This document shows, in pieces, positions 25,466 to 39,004 of a stretch of 64,000 nucleotides of DNA. Every line of letters starts with the position of its first letter. The stretch's first letter is position 1. A program made the position numbers and the translations under genes. The notes beneath the pieces were generated by a model that was given only the letters and a program-made list of their open reading frames with translations, searched no databases and was not told where the DNA came from. Source of the DNA: Flaccisagitta enflata (Eukaryota); contig OZ231126.1 of the NCBI GenBank assembly GCA_965153355.1, forward strand, positions 37,200,001 through 37,264,000, given 5' to 3'.

Positions 25466-26519
25466 AGAAGAAGAAGAAGAAGAAGAAGAAGAAAAAGAAA
25501 AAGAAAAAGAAAAAGAAAAAGAAAAAGAAAAAGAAAAAGAAAAAGAAAAAGAAAAAAAGAAGAAGATGAAGAAAAAAAGAAGAGAAAATGAATGAAATCA
25601 CTCCTTATCAATACGTGAGGAATCGTGTCACTATGTCCTCGTTTTGTTCTTTCTGACAATGGCCAGTCCGATTGACCACAATGAAACTCTTGATTTCATC
25701 GATGATGACTTTCAAAACGATGATTACGATGTCTCTGTTGTTTAATTAAGAATACAGATAAGATCAGAGAAAAAATATTTTTTCATAACGTTCATTCATT
25801 TAGTCGCGTGCTACGCGACTCTGTACCCCGCTTTGTTGGTCCATCCGTTGGTCCGTTGGTCCATCCGTTGGTTTGACACACTTTACTTTGTTTTGGGTTT
25901 TTAAGGTCTTGGGCCTCACTGCTCATGCCTAAATTATGAAGTGACCTCAAATATAGCCCCTGTCCACCCCCATCGGACTGGGGTAGCCGGTTCATTAATC
26001 ATTGTCCCAATATCGCTTGAAGCAATAGACAGGGGCAAGGACATGGAAAACATGGATGGACAGCATACTATTAGTTGGGCCCGTGAGATGTGATTTTTGC
26101 TCAGGAGTTGCAATACCATGGATTACCTAGTGTTGGTTTTTATGCCTCTTTATTTTTCCGCTTTTTTGTTTGACTGGTGTGCTCCAAAGCAAATATATAA
26201 GAATATACATCTGTCTTTGGGTCTGTCAGTCCCCCATCAACGCAGACAAATATTTTGCTGTGACGAACTCTGCTTATTTACCCTTAATGAGCAAGCTTGC
26301 TCAGTGTCTGGCTGAGGTTTTCCACTCATCCAGAGCTAAACTGAGCCGAGGGGCTCCCGAACTATTCATTCTTCGCCTCCTTGCTGCTCCAAAACTCCCA
26401 AATCTCCCTCTTTTCTGCGAAGTCAGGAGGAAGTCAGGATTATGAAGAAAACTCACTCATTGGCAGCTCGCTCACTTCCTGCGATTGCGCGAGAGGCTCT
26501 CTCCTCAGTGCAAATAACT

Positions 26520-28480
26520 CCCTCTCTCTTTTTCTCTCTTTCTCTCTTTCTCTCTTTTTCTCTCTCTTTTCTCTCTTTCGCTCTTTCTCTCTTTCTCTCG
26601 ATCTCATCTTGTCTGGTACTATGCGATCGATGGTAACAATAGAAAAGAAAATTAGGTGTAAATGTTGAAACACTTGTCTTCACATTTCTAACACAGTATC
26701 TGAACAAATCAAAAGAAAGCAGTTGTGCAGGGGCAGGGACGTAGCAAAATCTTTCTTTACTCTACTCACTGCCCCAACCAATGGTTTGTTCGTGTCCATC
26801 GAAACTCGATCTTCACCAATTGGCCTTAAGAAAAATAAAGCCAGATTGGGCAACCTCACGCATTGGTACAGATGAACTGGACGGGCCCATGAAATGGATG
26901 GAGCGATGGACAAATGGACAGACCATCTTATAGAAACGCGTGACCCATTAAATATTTTGTCAAAGACCAATAGTTTTTAAATTTGTTTAGCCACTGCACC
27001 TTTCCAACATCCAAAGTAAAAATACTCAAAAAAGTGTTAGATGGTCAGAGATGGTTGAGATCGAAGGGAGGGAGCAGAGCAGCGACCCCAAATCGGCCGA
27101 TGACTTATGCTTCCACACATGGAGAAACTTCTCCTTCGCCTTATAGCGGTTGGGATTTTGGACTTTGGGCTGAGATTTAGGGTTTTGAACCTTGAGGCTG
27201 GCATTTTGGCCTCAGGCCGGGATTTTGTGCTTGAGGCTTTGATTTAAGCGTTAAGGCTGGGATTTGGGTCTTGAGGTTAAGATTTTTTTAGTCGCAGACA
27301 CGCCACTCTACACCTTACTGTGTCATTCTGTCAAATGGTCAGTTCAACCATCCGGGATATTTTCGAATTGCGACTGTTTTTTGCATTATTGCCCCTGCCC
27401 AACCGTCCGCGACTGTCTTGTCGTGTATCCGGGCTTGTCCTTCTCCATATCCTCCATCCCCTTCTTCATCTTCTTTTTCACTTTTTAATTCAAATTACTC
27501 TTCATCTTCTTCATCTTCATCTTCTTCTTCTTCTTCTTCTTTGACAATGATCTTTTTAGGTGCGACAAAGCACCTCTATAACTGGCTGTGACCGTTGGTT
27601 GGTTGGTTGGGTATTCGTTCGACGATCCACACGTCGCACCTTATTGGCCCACTTGGCCTTGTTTTCAAAATTTTCGATGACGATTCCAATGACGATGCCC
27701 ATGCCGATGATGAGGATGCGAGGAAAAAATGGGAGAACACACATCATCATCCCGAGTCCCGACTAAAGCCACCAAACATTTGACACAACAGGTCGCTCAA
27801 GCTCCATACACTTTTTTTCTTGTGAAAACGTCACTGTTTGGGCAAGCCTTCAATGTTCTAAAATTTTGGGTAGTTTCAAGGCTTGAACGTTCTTAAATTG
27901 TGCTTGATCTAAACACAGTTTTCAAGCTTTCATCAAGAAGGTTTTTAATTGGTTTGAGTTTGTCTTTAAGGCGAAAATGAAGGAAAATGTCAATAAAAAC
28001 TACAAAGCAGTTCAAAATTTAAAGTGAATGTCAAGAGCAATGAGAATGCCGTTAAAGTAATACGATTCATATAATTTTGTCCAGGTTTACTATATTCATT
28101 GAATAAATGGAGCTTTCTTATATTTCTAGCATGTTCTTACATTTCTGAATATTTCGAGCTTATGTTCTTGAATTTTTTAAGAAAGGAAACCTTCCAATGT
28201 TCTTAGCACTTTTTTGACTAAATATGAAGTCATTAAACCATAATTTGGTCTCCGCCAAAGAATTGTAGTCATTATGCAAATAGGTAATTCTTATATATCC
28301 CAAACAAAAGACAAACGTCTTTGCAGGTCTTTTCCATACCGCCTTGTTTTAGCAATTCTTCAGCCAATGAGGGTTCAAGTCTTACAGAGAATCAACCAAT
28401 CACAGTATTCTCACCTTTCAAGTGGAAAAAAAATCGAAGCGGGACCCGCGTTTCAGAACGTTTGTGTTTATAATGACATC
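26520..28480 (+). repeat. Segmental duplicate of about 10570-10793 plus 15663-18480, lacking the LINE
   Basis: Colinear diverged matches: GATCTCATCTTGTCTGGTACTA (10621, 26600), GGGCAGGGACGTAGCAAAATC (15728, 26731), CCTTCCAATGTTCTT (18180, 28190), CTTACAGAGAATCAACCAATCACAG (18371, 28381). Confidence 0.92.
27553..27665 (+). mobile_element. HINE family 3 (AGGTGCGACAAAGCACCT hairpin)
   Basis: Same architecture as families 1 and 2. Absent at the paralogous position about 17485-17500. Confidence 0.75.
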
Positions 28481-28495
28481 AACAACAACAACAGC

Positions 28496-28571
<76 letters not shown>

Positions 28572-28573
28572 GC

Positions 28574-28621
<48 letters not shown>

Positions 28622-29704
28622 CACTTGATCACTTGATCACTTGATCACTTGATCACTTGATCACTTGAGCAGGAGCAGTGAGGCCAAAGACCGCAAAAAC
28701 CAAAAAAAAGTAAATTGCGACAGACGGACAGACCAACAGACGGACCGACGAACCAACAAGTGAGTAGAGTCGTGTAGCACGTGACTAAGAAGTTTGACGG
28801 ACCTGCGGACAGATGGACCAAGGGACCAACGGACCAACAGACAAAGCAGGTTGTAGAGTCGCGTGCACGCGACTAAAAAGAGACTACTGAATAACTGAAT
28901 AACTGAATAACTAAAACATACAGGCAATCAACCAGACAGCATGAGATGCACACACAGAAGACCATGCACTGAACAAGGCTGAAAAAGCAAATGGTGACCG
29001 ACCGACAAACCGACCAACCCAGTAAGCAATTTATAGAGTTGTGTAGCTTGCAACAAAAAACAGTCTCCCATTTACAGGTCCGGTCAAAGCTCAAAAATCT
29101 AAAATCCCAGCGCACTGTGGTCCACAAAATGAAAATTAGGGCGCCAACTTAAAACAATTTTGATTTCCTACTTATAAAAGTTATCCAGAATCTAAAAAAA
29201 AGCCAACTGATAATATTTGATGTGCCAGATCCAATGGTGACACCCGCAGGTGTGCAGCCATAACAATCTTAGAGAAAAAAGGTGAATTAAATTGATAATC
29301 GATGCACAATTGGCACAAATAATAAATTCAGGCGCAAAATTAAAAAAATCAGCATTTTGTAGCCACAAAAAAAAAAAAATATACACCACTGAAAATTTCA
29401 TAGTTGATAGTTTTTGATATGCAAGTACTAATAGCAATGTCCGCAGGTGCGTAGAACCTACAGTTTCTGCAATACAGACAAGCAAAATCAGACTTAAAAA
29501 TTTCCGAATCAAGGGGACATAGTGATTAATTAAAAAAGCATTGTTTTTTAGTATTCACTATGCTGAATCCAAATATGTTTTTTTTACTCAAAACTGAAGG
29601 GAAGTCGCTAAACAAAATCAATAACTTTTTTCAAAAAATATTTTTTTTGCCAATTTTTTTTTTTTTTTTTTTTTTGCCTAAAAATCATTTTTGAAAACTC
29701 TAAA

Positions 29705-30100
29705 AGTTTTAGCGGAAAAAAATTTTTTCAAAAATTTTAGCGAGAAGAAATTTTAGCGAGGAGAAATTTTAACACGAAAAAATTTTAGCAAGAAACAATT
29801 TTAGCGAGAAAAATTAAAAAAAAAAATTTTAGCAAAAAAATTTTAGCGAGAAAAAATTATAGCAAATGATTTTTGCGAGAAAAAATTTCAGCGAAAAAAA
29901 ATTTAATAAAAAAAAAATTTTAGCGAGAAAATTTTAACACGAAAAAATTTTAGCGAAACAAATTTATGCGAAAGAATTTTCGCGAGAAAAAGTTTTAGCG
30001 AGAAAAATTTTAGCAGAAAAAATTTAACAAAAAAATTTTAGCGAGAAAAAATTTTAGCGAAAAAATTTTAGCAAGAAAAATTTTAACGAAACAAATTTAA
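29705..30100. repeat. Degenerate 15-16-bp minisatellite (AAAAATTTTAGCGAG)n
   Basis: More than 20 degenerate copies visible. Confidence 0.9.
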
Positions 30101-30160
30101 TGAGAATTGCAGAAATGGTAAGTTCTAAGTTCCCAATGATGCCATTCGATCAGACATATC

Positions 30161-30539
30161 AACAAGGCCAACACCTATAAGTTGCGTGCAAGACTTACAG
30201 ACAAAGAATAACTTAGAATGACTTAGAATGACTTTCAATGACTTAGAATGACCTAAAATGACCAAAATTGACTTAAAATGACTAAAAACCCAAATGACCA
30301 AAAATGACTTAACATAACTTAAATTGACTTAAAATGACTTAGAATGACTTAAAATGACTTAGAATGACTCAAAATGACTTAGAATAACTAAAAATGACTA
30401 AAAATGACTTAAAATGACCTAAGAGTTGACGTTATAGTACAAAAAAGTAAAGTGTGACAGACGGACCGACGGACAGACGGACCGACAGACGGATGGACCG
30501 ACAAAGCGGGTTGTAGAGTCGCGTGCACGTGACTAAAAA
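30161..30539 (-). mobile_element. HINE family with central 10-bp array (AAATGACTTA)n
   Basis: AACAAGGCCAACACCTATAAGT(T/C)GCGTGC...array...(GACG)n...AGTCGCGTGCACGTGACTAAAAA. Also at 19334-20163 and 63745-64000 (cut by the window end). Confidence 0.75.
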
Positions 30540-31221
30540 CTGTAAACTATGGAATCTTTAAAGATCAGGGTTTTTTTTAAGATCAAGATTTCTAGATTTT
30601 TTTAATTTTGCGCCTGAATTTGCAATTTGTGGCGCACTGTGCGCTGAATATCATATTAAATCACCCTTTCTCTTCAAAACTGTTACAGCTACACACCTGC
30701 AGGTGTTACCATTTGATCCAGCACATCAATTACTGCCAGGTAGCGTTTTTTTTAGGATACTGAATAACCTCTGTGGGGGAAAAATTCATATTCTTAAGTT
30801 AGCGCCCAAATTTTCATTTTGGAGACCACAGTGCGCTGAAAATGTTGAATTGTAGGCGGAATTTGGCTTGACGGCCTTCGACGTCATCGGCTGCTGTCAT
30901 CGTAATTGTTGACGGATTAAGCTGAGATTTGAACCGGAGGTAGTTTTAACCCATGAGCAGCTTTGATAAAGATTTCAGCGATCTCGAAGGTCGTTAAGGC
31001 CATAGTTCGTTCGCTCGTTTGTTTACGTTTGTTTAATCATATGTTTTTTCGTTTAACAATGGCGAAAATAAGAATTAGACGCTCAATATTTCTCAATAAG
31101 TTGTAAACCACTCATGCTTTTTGCTTTAAAAAAATCCATTAGCATATAAAAGAGCTTCAAAAACTTTACAAATCTAGACCAAGCAGAGATTTTTAGCTCA
31201 ATTCGTTTAGATATGACATAA

Positions 31222-31649
31222 TTAATTGGAGAATTCTGGCCTGCTTTTATAAGGGCAATGTTGTTTCAACTTTCATAAGTATCAGTACCTTGGTAGAGAA
31301 TGCCGGCGGTCCCAGTTGGTTGTACCTCGATTCTTGCCTCTAAGGGTATGGTTTTTTAATCAATATTGCTAGTGTCAGTACTTCCATCAGTACATTAGTA
31401 ATCTTTGATTGTAACTTTTGTAAGATATTTTGTGTATACTAAATGGTATAGGCCTGTCCAACCCTATGCTAATGAGGTATGCAGTCAAGCTGATTTTTTG
31501 TCAGGTAAGCTTTTTTTTGTTAGTAGTAAAGGATAGTTGTGAGCAATCCGGAGTAAACACCATTGAAAGCTTGCAAGGCTTTCATCCTTTGTTAATTGGA
31601 GAATTCTGGCCTCCTTTTATAAGGGCAATGTTGTTTCAACTTTCATAAG
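31222..31649 (+). repeat. Partially tandem small structured repeat, subfamily B (370-bp period, 58-bp terminal direct repeat)
   Basis: TTAATTGGAGAATTCTGGCCT(G/C)CTTTTATAAGGGCAATGTTGTTTCAACTTTCATAAG at 31222-31279 and 31592-31649. Confidence 0.88.
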
Positions 31650-32349
31650 ATTGAAGTTCAGTACTCAAATTCCTGATTGCCCAATAGAGCAGATTTCAGC
31701 GCCGGAAAATCTGGCACTATTTGTCTTACATATTCTGTAAAACGCAAAAATGAAATAAATGATAGAAAAACAAAGGTAAAAATAAAGTATTTCTAGTTCT
31801 CTACATGATGGAACCAAGCAGAAATTGCTTCGTTTACAAGCTATATCAATAAAAAGTTGGTTACTTTAAAAAAGATGGAAGCAAGATTTGAGATTTTTGA
31901 GTGGATATCTTTAAATTGTCATAACTTCCAAAGTTTTTGTGCTAGAATGATCGGAAGGAGCTCAAAAGAAAGATATTTTGAAGCTCTTTAAAACCGTCAT
32001 GGATTAAAAGGTTCTAGCGTTTTTGATTACAATGCAATCAACAGTCAAAAGATCGCGTCTAGTTGTTTTTTTTTGTTTTTTTTTTTGCTATTGTTTTTTT
32101 GTTGTTTGTTTGATAGGTCGTTTGTTTGTTTATTCATACACTTATTCACTTATTCAGTTCAACAGCATAAGAATTGGGGTATAAATCATTCATATTTCGA
32201 GTCAAACCAAAAACAATGAAATCGTCATGACCGCTGATTTCACTTGAAACAAGGCCGATTAGGCCAATAAGGTGCGCCGTGTGGATCATCAAATGAATAT
32301 GCTACCCGACCAACTGACTAACGTACACAGCCAGTTATAGAGATGCATG

Positions 32350-33222
<873 letters not shown>

Positions 33223-33594
33223 TTGTGTTTGATCAAGGAAACACGGTGTACATGACGCGGTTTTTGATGACTCGAGCGTTTTCAGTGGTTATTTGGGTAG
33301 CTTTTCCTTTGGCCTTGGTAAACTTAGTGTCGATAATTGGAAAAGAAAATAATGCTCAAATCTTGAAAAACTCATGGTGGAACAATTCAATGGCCTTCAA
33401 TTCAGATTAGGGCCAGTTCGATATGTCTCTGTTCAACTGTAAATTTTGGCAAAATGCTTAAACCGATCTAGAATAGATTCAGTATAAAACAAGGCCAGAT
33501 ACACAGCTACCCCATTTGCCTGCGGGTGGGCAGGAGCAGAGCTGGTGAAGGTCTCTAGAGCATTTGGGCAGGAGCAGTAGGCTCAAAAATCTGA

Positions 33595-33813
33595 ACAAGT
33601 GACGCGGGGTCACAATATCGTTGCGGACGGGTGGGCAGGGGCATCCAACCCCCATCTACACCCCAGACCACCCCCAACACTCAAACATACACAAAAAGTA
33701 TCTAAAACGCTCGTTTCCCACTTTTCAACTCAATGACCGCTTCCGACAGACAGACCAACGGACGGACGGATGGACAAAGCCTCTTATAGAGTTGCGTGTC
33801 CGCAACTAAAAAA
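33595..33813 (-). mobile_element. HINE family with AGTTGCGGACACGCAACT hairpin
   Basis: AACAAGTGACGCGGGGTCAC...GTTGCGGAC...(GGAC)n...AGTTGCGTGTCCGCAACTAAAAA. Related copies at about 3200-3385, 56744-56910, 58517-58748, 63352-63586. Confidence 0.72.
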
Positions 33814-34064
33814 CGCCAAAATAGAAAAAAGGGGACCAACCAATTCCAACTCCCCAAATGATCCATTCAGACTTGTGAATCATTGCCGAATATCGATATC
33901 CATTCATACCTTCAATTACCATTCCTATTCCTCGTCATTGCTTTTTCTCCAACGCCAACATAACATTGATTCTTTTGCCGCTTCAAAAAATCGGCCAATG
34001 CCTATGATTCTAAATAGAGCGGTGTTTTTCCGTCTCTCTGTTCTTCTCCTTCTTCTTCTACTTC

Positions 34065-34096
<32 letters not shown>

Positions 34097-34985
34097 CTTC
34101 TTCTTCTTCTTCTTCTTCTTCTTCTTCTTCTTCTTCTTCATCTTCTTCTTCTTTTTCTTTTTCCTCTCCTTCCCCTTCTTCTTGTGTTGGGTGTGTTCAC
34201 AAGGGTCTTCTTGCTAAATGGCGTCAGGACACTGTATTCTGAGACATGTTCACGCTGTCTTTCTTAGATGCGTTCACGCTGGTCTTCTATGACGTGAACT
34301 TAGACATGTTCAAGCTGGTCCTGACGTGAACTTAAACATGTTCACACTGATCTACTATGATGTAAACTTTGACATGTTCACACCTATCTTCTTAGACATG
34401 AATTTCTTCTCAATTCCCTCATACACTCCCACATATCAACGTTGACAATATACACGTTCATTCAGTTTTTTCAAGGTCTTTTTTTTTTACAATATACATT
34501 CACTCAAAACGCATTATCACTGGTCAAACTCATACTTTTGGATCACCACTAATTCTGATTGCCTTCTGATCGGTCAAGTGACATCACTATGGGAGACTCT
34601 TTGTGTTTTGAGTTGGGATTGGGTTGCTTTAAGGAGTAAGGAAAATGTAAAGTTAATCAGTGTGTCAATTTCCTCGATGTCAACATTCTTTTGTTGCCAA
34701 AATAAGGGAGTAAGGAAATTTGATGTAGATCTATATCTATCTTTTTCTTTTTCTTTTTTTTTTCTTTTTAGTCGCGGACACGCGACTCTACACCTTGCCA
34801 TGTCGGTCGGTCAGTCCGTCCGTCCGTCGGTCACATTTCTAAATTGCAAGCAGTTTTTGCATTACTGCTCTCGCCCAACCATCCGCGACTGTCTTGCCGT
34901 GTATCCGACCTTGTTTTTTCTTTTTTCTCTTTTACGTTTTTTTTCGTTTCTTTTTTCTTTTTTTGTCTTTTTTTGGTTTTCGTTT

Positions 34986-35037
<52 letters not shown>

Positions 35038-35054
35038 TGTTTCAAAGTGGGTTT

Positions 35055-35293
35055 TTTATCCTTTATGAGCATGCTTGCTCTGTCTCTGGCTGAGATTTTC
35101 CACTCATCCAGAGCTAAACTGAGCCTAGGGGCTCCCGAACTCCTTATTCTTCGGCTCCTAGCTGCTCCAAAACTCCTTAATCTCTCTCTTTTCCGCGAAG
35201 TCAGGAGGAAGTCAGAATTATGAAGAGCACTCACTCATGGGCAGCTCGCTCACTTCCTGCGATTGCGCGAGAGGCTCTCTCCTCAGTGCAAAT

Positions 35294-35300
<7 letters not shown>
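35055..35300 (+). repeat. Direct duplicate of about 26275-26520
   Basis: CACTCATCCAGAGCTAAACTGAGCC and GGCAGCTCGCTCACTTCCTGCGATTGCGCGAGAGGCTCTCTCCTCAGTGCAAATAACTC are shared. Confidence 0.9.
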
Positions 35301-35390
<90 letters not shown>

Positions 35391-35622
35391 TCTCCCTTTT
35401 CTCTCCTTTCCTTCAAACACGGGACCTTGGCGCTAATGAGGAAATCATTTGGAGTAATTGATTGGTTTTTGCTAGGCCACTTTTTTGGGGGCTAAACTTT
35501 TGTTGAGAAACGATTCATTATTTTTGCATTAAAGGGGTATTTTGAATAGAATTGCAAAAGGATTTTTCAAGATGATGGATCGATTTTGACGATGTTACCG
35601 CGCGCGCGCCCTTAGCAAAGTG

Positions 35623-35653
<31 letters not shown>

Positions 35654-35792
35654 TCGTCAGTCACATTGCATTTCTATTGCCTATTTCTATCTATTTTGTT
35701 TGTAATATATTCAACTGCTTTTGTTTGTGTACTGTTTCTAAATTCAATGTGTGAATGTATATACTAAATTCTGATCGGTATACTTAACTCCC

Positions 35793-36407
35793 CACCATCC
35801 GTTCAAACTACCGCCAGGTGGTTTTCAGTATTACTCTGGATTTTCCGCTTGTTTACACTCAATATGGACCTCCTGAACAAGAATCCAGCTTCAAAAAAAT
35901 CTTTCTTGTGGCGCTTTCTGAAAAAAATCCAAAATTGATTGTTTTTTCTCTTATTTTGAAGTCAGAATTTTTAGGGTGGCAAGAAGATCTTTTTAGATAG
36001 CATATCTGAATTCCTGATAAAATTTCCTTTCATTTGATAGGTCGCACTATATGTTTTTGAAAAGAAATAAGATTTTCAATTTCTAAGCCACCGTTACAAA
36101 AAGTAACGGTGGCTGAAAAATTGAAAATTTGATCTCTTTTGAAAAATATATAGTGCGACCTATCAAAGAAAAGGAAATTTCATCAGGAATTCAAATATGC
36201 TATCTAAAAAGGTTTTCTAACAACCCTCTAGAATCTGGGTGCAATATAGAATGAAAAATTATGAATTTTGGATTTTTTTCAAAAAGCGCCACAAGAAAGA
36301 TTTCTTTGAAGCTGGATCCTAGTTCAGGAAGTCCATCCTGAGTAAATTCAAGCAGAAAATTCAGAGTAATACTAAAAACCGCCTGGCGGTAATTTGGATG
36401 GATGGTG
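35793..36407. mobile_element. Fully palindromic foldback MITE with CAC termini and 4-bp TSD (Chapaev/CMC-like)
   Basis: About 305-bp arms meet at AGCCACCGTTAC-AAAAA-GTAACGGTGGCT. Termini CACCATCC/GGATGGTG. TCCC at 35789-35792 and 36408-36411. The superfamily call is inference. Confidence 0.85.
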
Positions 36408-36485
36408 TCCCTCTATGACGCCTTTCAAATTCCTAATAGGTCTTACATAATAAAGTAACAAAGGAGATCTAAAAGAATTTGTTAC

Positions 36486-36860
36486 TTTTTAGATGCATCC
36501 TCGCATCTCTATAATAGGCTGTGTCCGTTGGTCAGTTGGTTGGTCGGGTGGTCGGTAACGCATTCATTAAAAACATCAAAATCATGCATTTTGAGTTGCG
36601 ACAAAGCACCTCTATAACTGGCTGTGTCCGTTGGTTGGTTGGTCGGTTGGTTGGGTAACGCATTTGTTCGACAATCCACAAGTCGCACCTTATTGGCCTA
36701 CTTGGCCTTGTTTCAACAGAAAAGAGGTTCTTACCCAGTAAAAGAAGCATACATTTAGTAATTCATTCATGAAATCATTTTTTCATTCATAAAAACATTC
36801 ATCCATGGAAAAAAACATTCATTCACAGAGGACGCATCGTTGGCCTACTTGGCCTTGTTT
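36486..36860 (+). mobile_element. HINE family 2 with a family 3 element nested at about 36589-36713
   Basis: Outer AGATGCATCCTCGCATCT...GAGGACGCATC-GTTGGCCTACTTGGCCTTGTTT. Inner TGCGACAAAGCACCT...GTCGCACCT-TATTGGCCTACTTGGCCTTGTTT matches 27553-27665. Confidence 0.75.
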
Positions 36861-37155
36861 GTGTAAGACCCGATACCATGTCAACAAAAGGTAGATTGGT
36901 TGAAGAGAATATTTATCCATTACGGGTTAAATTGGGATTCTACTGCTCCAATGCTTACTCGGTGGGGAAAGAAAGGGTGTAACAAATGACAGTTATGAAC
37001 AGGTGATCGAAATATGAAAAACATAATAAAAAAGAACAGGCAGAATGTTAAAGATAGATCAAAATTTAAAAATGAAGAATGTGGTCCTGGGTAGGTCTTG
37101 TTATTCAGAATGAATATGATTGGGCGAGGGTGGGCCAGGTACTCCTGAAAGAGGG

Positions 37156-37204
<49 letters not shown>

Positions 37205-39004
37205 AAAGGAGAGGTTCAGAACAACACTTTTAAAATAATGACAAAAAAGGGGAGGAGAACAAATGACGCATTGGAGTTGGATGGATGACAGATAAGACGG
37301 ATTAACAAGGCATGGACGAGAGAGAAAAAGAGACACACACAAAAGGGAAAGGCGTTCTGAGGGGAGTTGAATAAGAAACGAATACATACTGCACTGGGTT
37401 GAATAAAAGGTGAGGTAAGATTGATAACGGGGTTAATGAAATCTTGGGGGGGGGGGGACGGGGCCGGGCACGATGGCAGTTGTCGAGACCACAATGCAAT
37501 GGTCGCCCGCAAGTCATTGAATAAACCCTCACAATCTCTGATAGAGGAAAAAAGTCACATCGGGAATCACTAAGGGCGAGATGCAGAGATACAGAGGCGA
37601 TTGTAAAGGGTCGGAAAATTCCTTGTTTTTGGTCCGTCGGACCGTCGGTCTGTCGGTCGGTCTTTCGGTCACAAAGTTGTTTTAAAAGGCGTTTCAGACT
37701 TTTTTAAAGACATTTTAAAGCTTTTTTAGTATCGATAAGAACCTGTTGGCTAATTCAAAGGTCCTTTTGAAAATTTTAGTCTGTCTGCCTGTCTGTTTAT
37801 TCAACCTTTTGTGAAAATGCCGACGCACGCGACTTAGGTCCAATAACCTTGTTAACCAGTATCAAAACAACAACAACAAACAAATTTGGATGTAGTGATG
37901 TAGCTGAAGGACCTTCAATTCTGGTGAAGGGGAGGGGGGGGGTTCAAGAAGGGGGCGGAGGCAGGCGTGCATTTTATGGAGTGAAGAGTAACGCCGTTAC
38001 TCGGCTACACGGCAAGACAGTCGCAGACGGTTGGGCAGGTGCAGTAATGCGATAACCGCTCGCAACTAAAAAAAAATTGGGACCGAAACGGCTAAAAAGA
38101 AGCATAGAGAAAGTGAACAAGGCACACGGCTACCCAGTTGCGTGCGGATAAGCAGAAGCCATTTTAAGGTCACTAGACCATTTGGGCAGGAGCAGTGAGG
38201 TCATCAGGTCAAAGAATTGAAATCATAAAAAAAGTAAAATGTGACGGACGGGCAGACCAACATAGTCAACACGTTTTCGATAAAGGAGCGCTCGAGAAAG
38301 TATTTCTGGTGTTACTGGTTGGACCTCGACTCCTGCACTTGCAGATTATTCGAAACTGGCAGAGCCATTACGCCCCTACAGTTGTCAGAATTTTAAGGGC
38401 TGCAGTGATCTCACAAAATTCTACATTTTTAAAAGCATTATTAAATCCATTGCATGCATCTGTTTTTTAAAACTTTACAACAAATAAAACCAGTATGATC
38501 TCTTTGCAAATGAAAAAGTGTTGATACTATCTGTTTATTTTGTGAAAGCTGTGTACTAATAATTGTCTTTAGTTCCAATTGAGTAAAGTTGAAACGTTTG
38601 TCATTTCAAAAAACAGAAATCTTGATACTGCATTATGCAAATTAGATTACTGGTGATTTGACTCACTTCCATGTCTATCAAACTTAGGGTTGGTGAACAT
38701 TAAGTTAGACAGGATCGAGACAGTTTGACAAGTCGGAAAATCCCAGGATTAAATGTAAGTTACACGGAAGGAAAGAAAGGAAGGAAAGCACGCCTGGGCG
38801 GAGGAGGAAGGGGGAAGACAGAATAAGCGAGGTAACAAGGGATAGAAAAAAGAGAGGACAGAAGACTGAAAGGACAGAGAGAGGAGAGGACAGAAGACTG
38901 AAAGGACAGAAGAGGGTGACAAAGAGGATGTGATCGATGATGAAAAATGACGGATGCAAAGGTGAAAGGGGATGAAAAATCGAGAGTAAATAATGATGAA
39001 AAAT

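Larger units (their letters stand above)
29108..30838. mobile_element. Non-autonomous TIR element with about 245-bp imperfect inverted arms and CACTGTG/CACAGTG near the termini (Transib-like)
   Basis: CAGCGCACTGTGG at 29108 vs CCACAGTGCGCTG ending 30838. Arms 29108-29352 and about 30595-30838. Interior holds an (AAAAATTTTAGCGAG)n array and a HINE. TSD not resolved. Confidence 0.7.

Noticed and set aside
31285-31351. HDV-like or twister ribozyme, or tRNA-derived head (GCCGGCGGTCCCAG; GTACCTT/AGGGTAT-GG)
   Set aside because: A P1-like helix exists but I could not build P2, P3 or J4/2. The twister- and tRNA-like words are not conserved in subfamily A.
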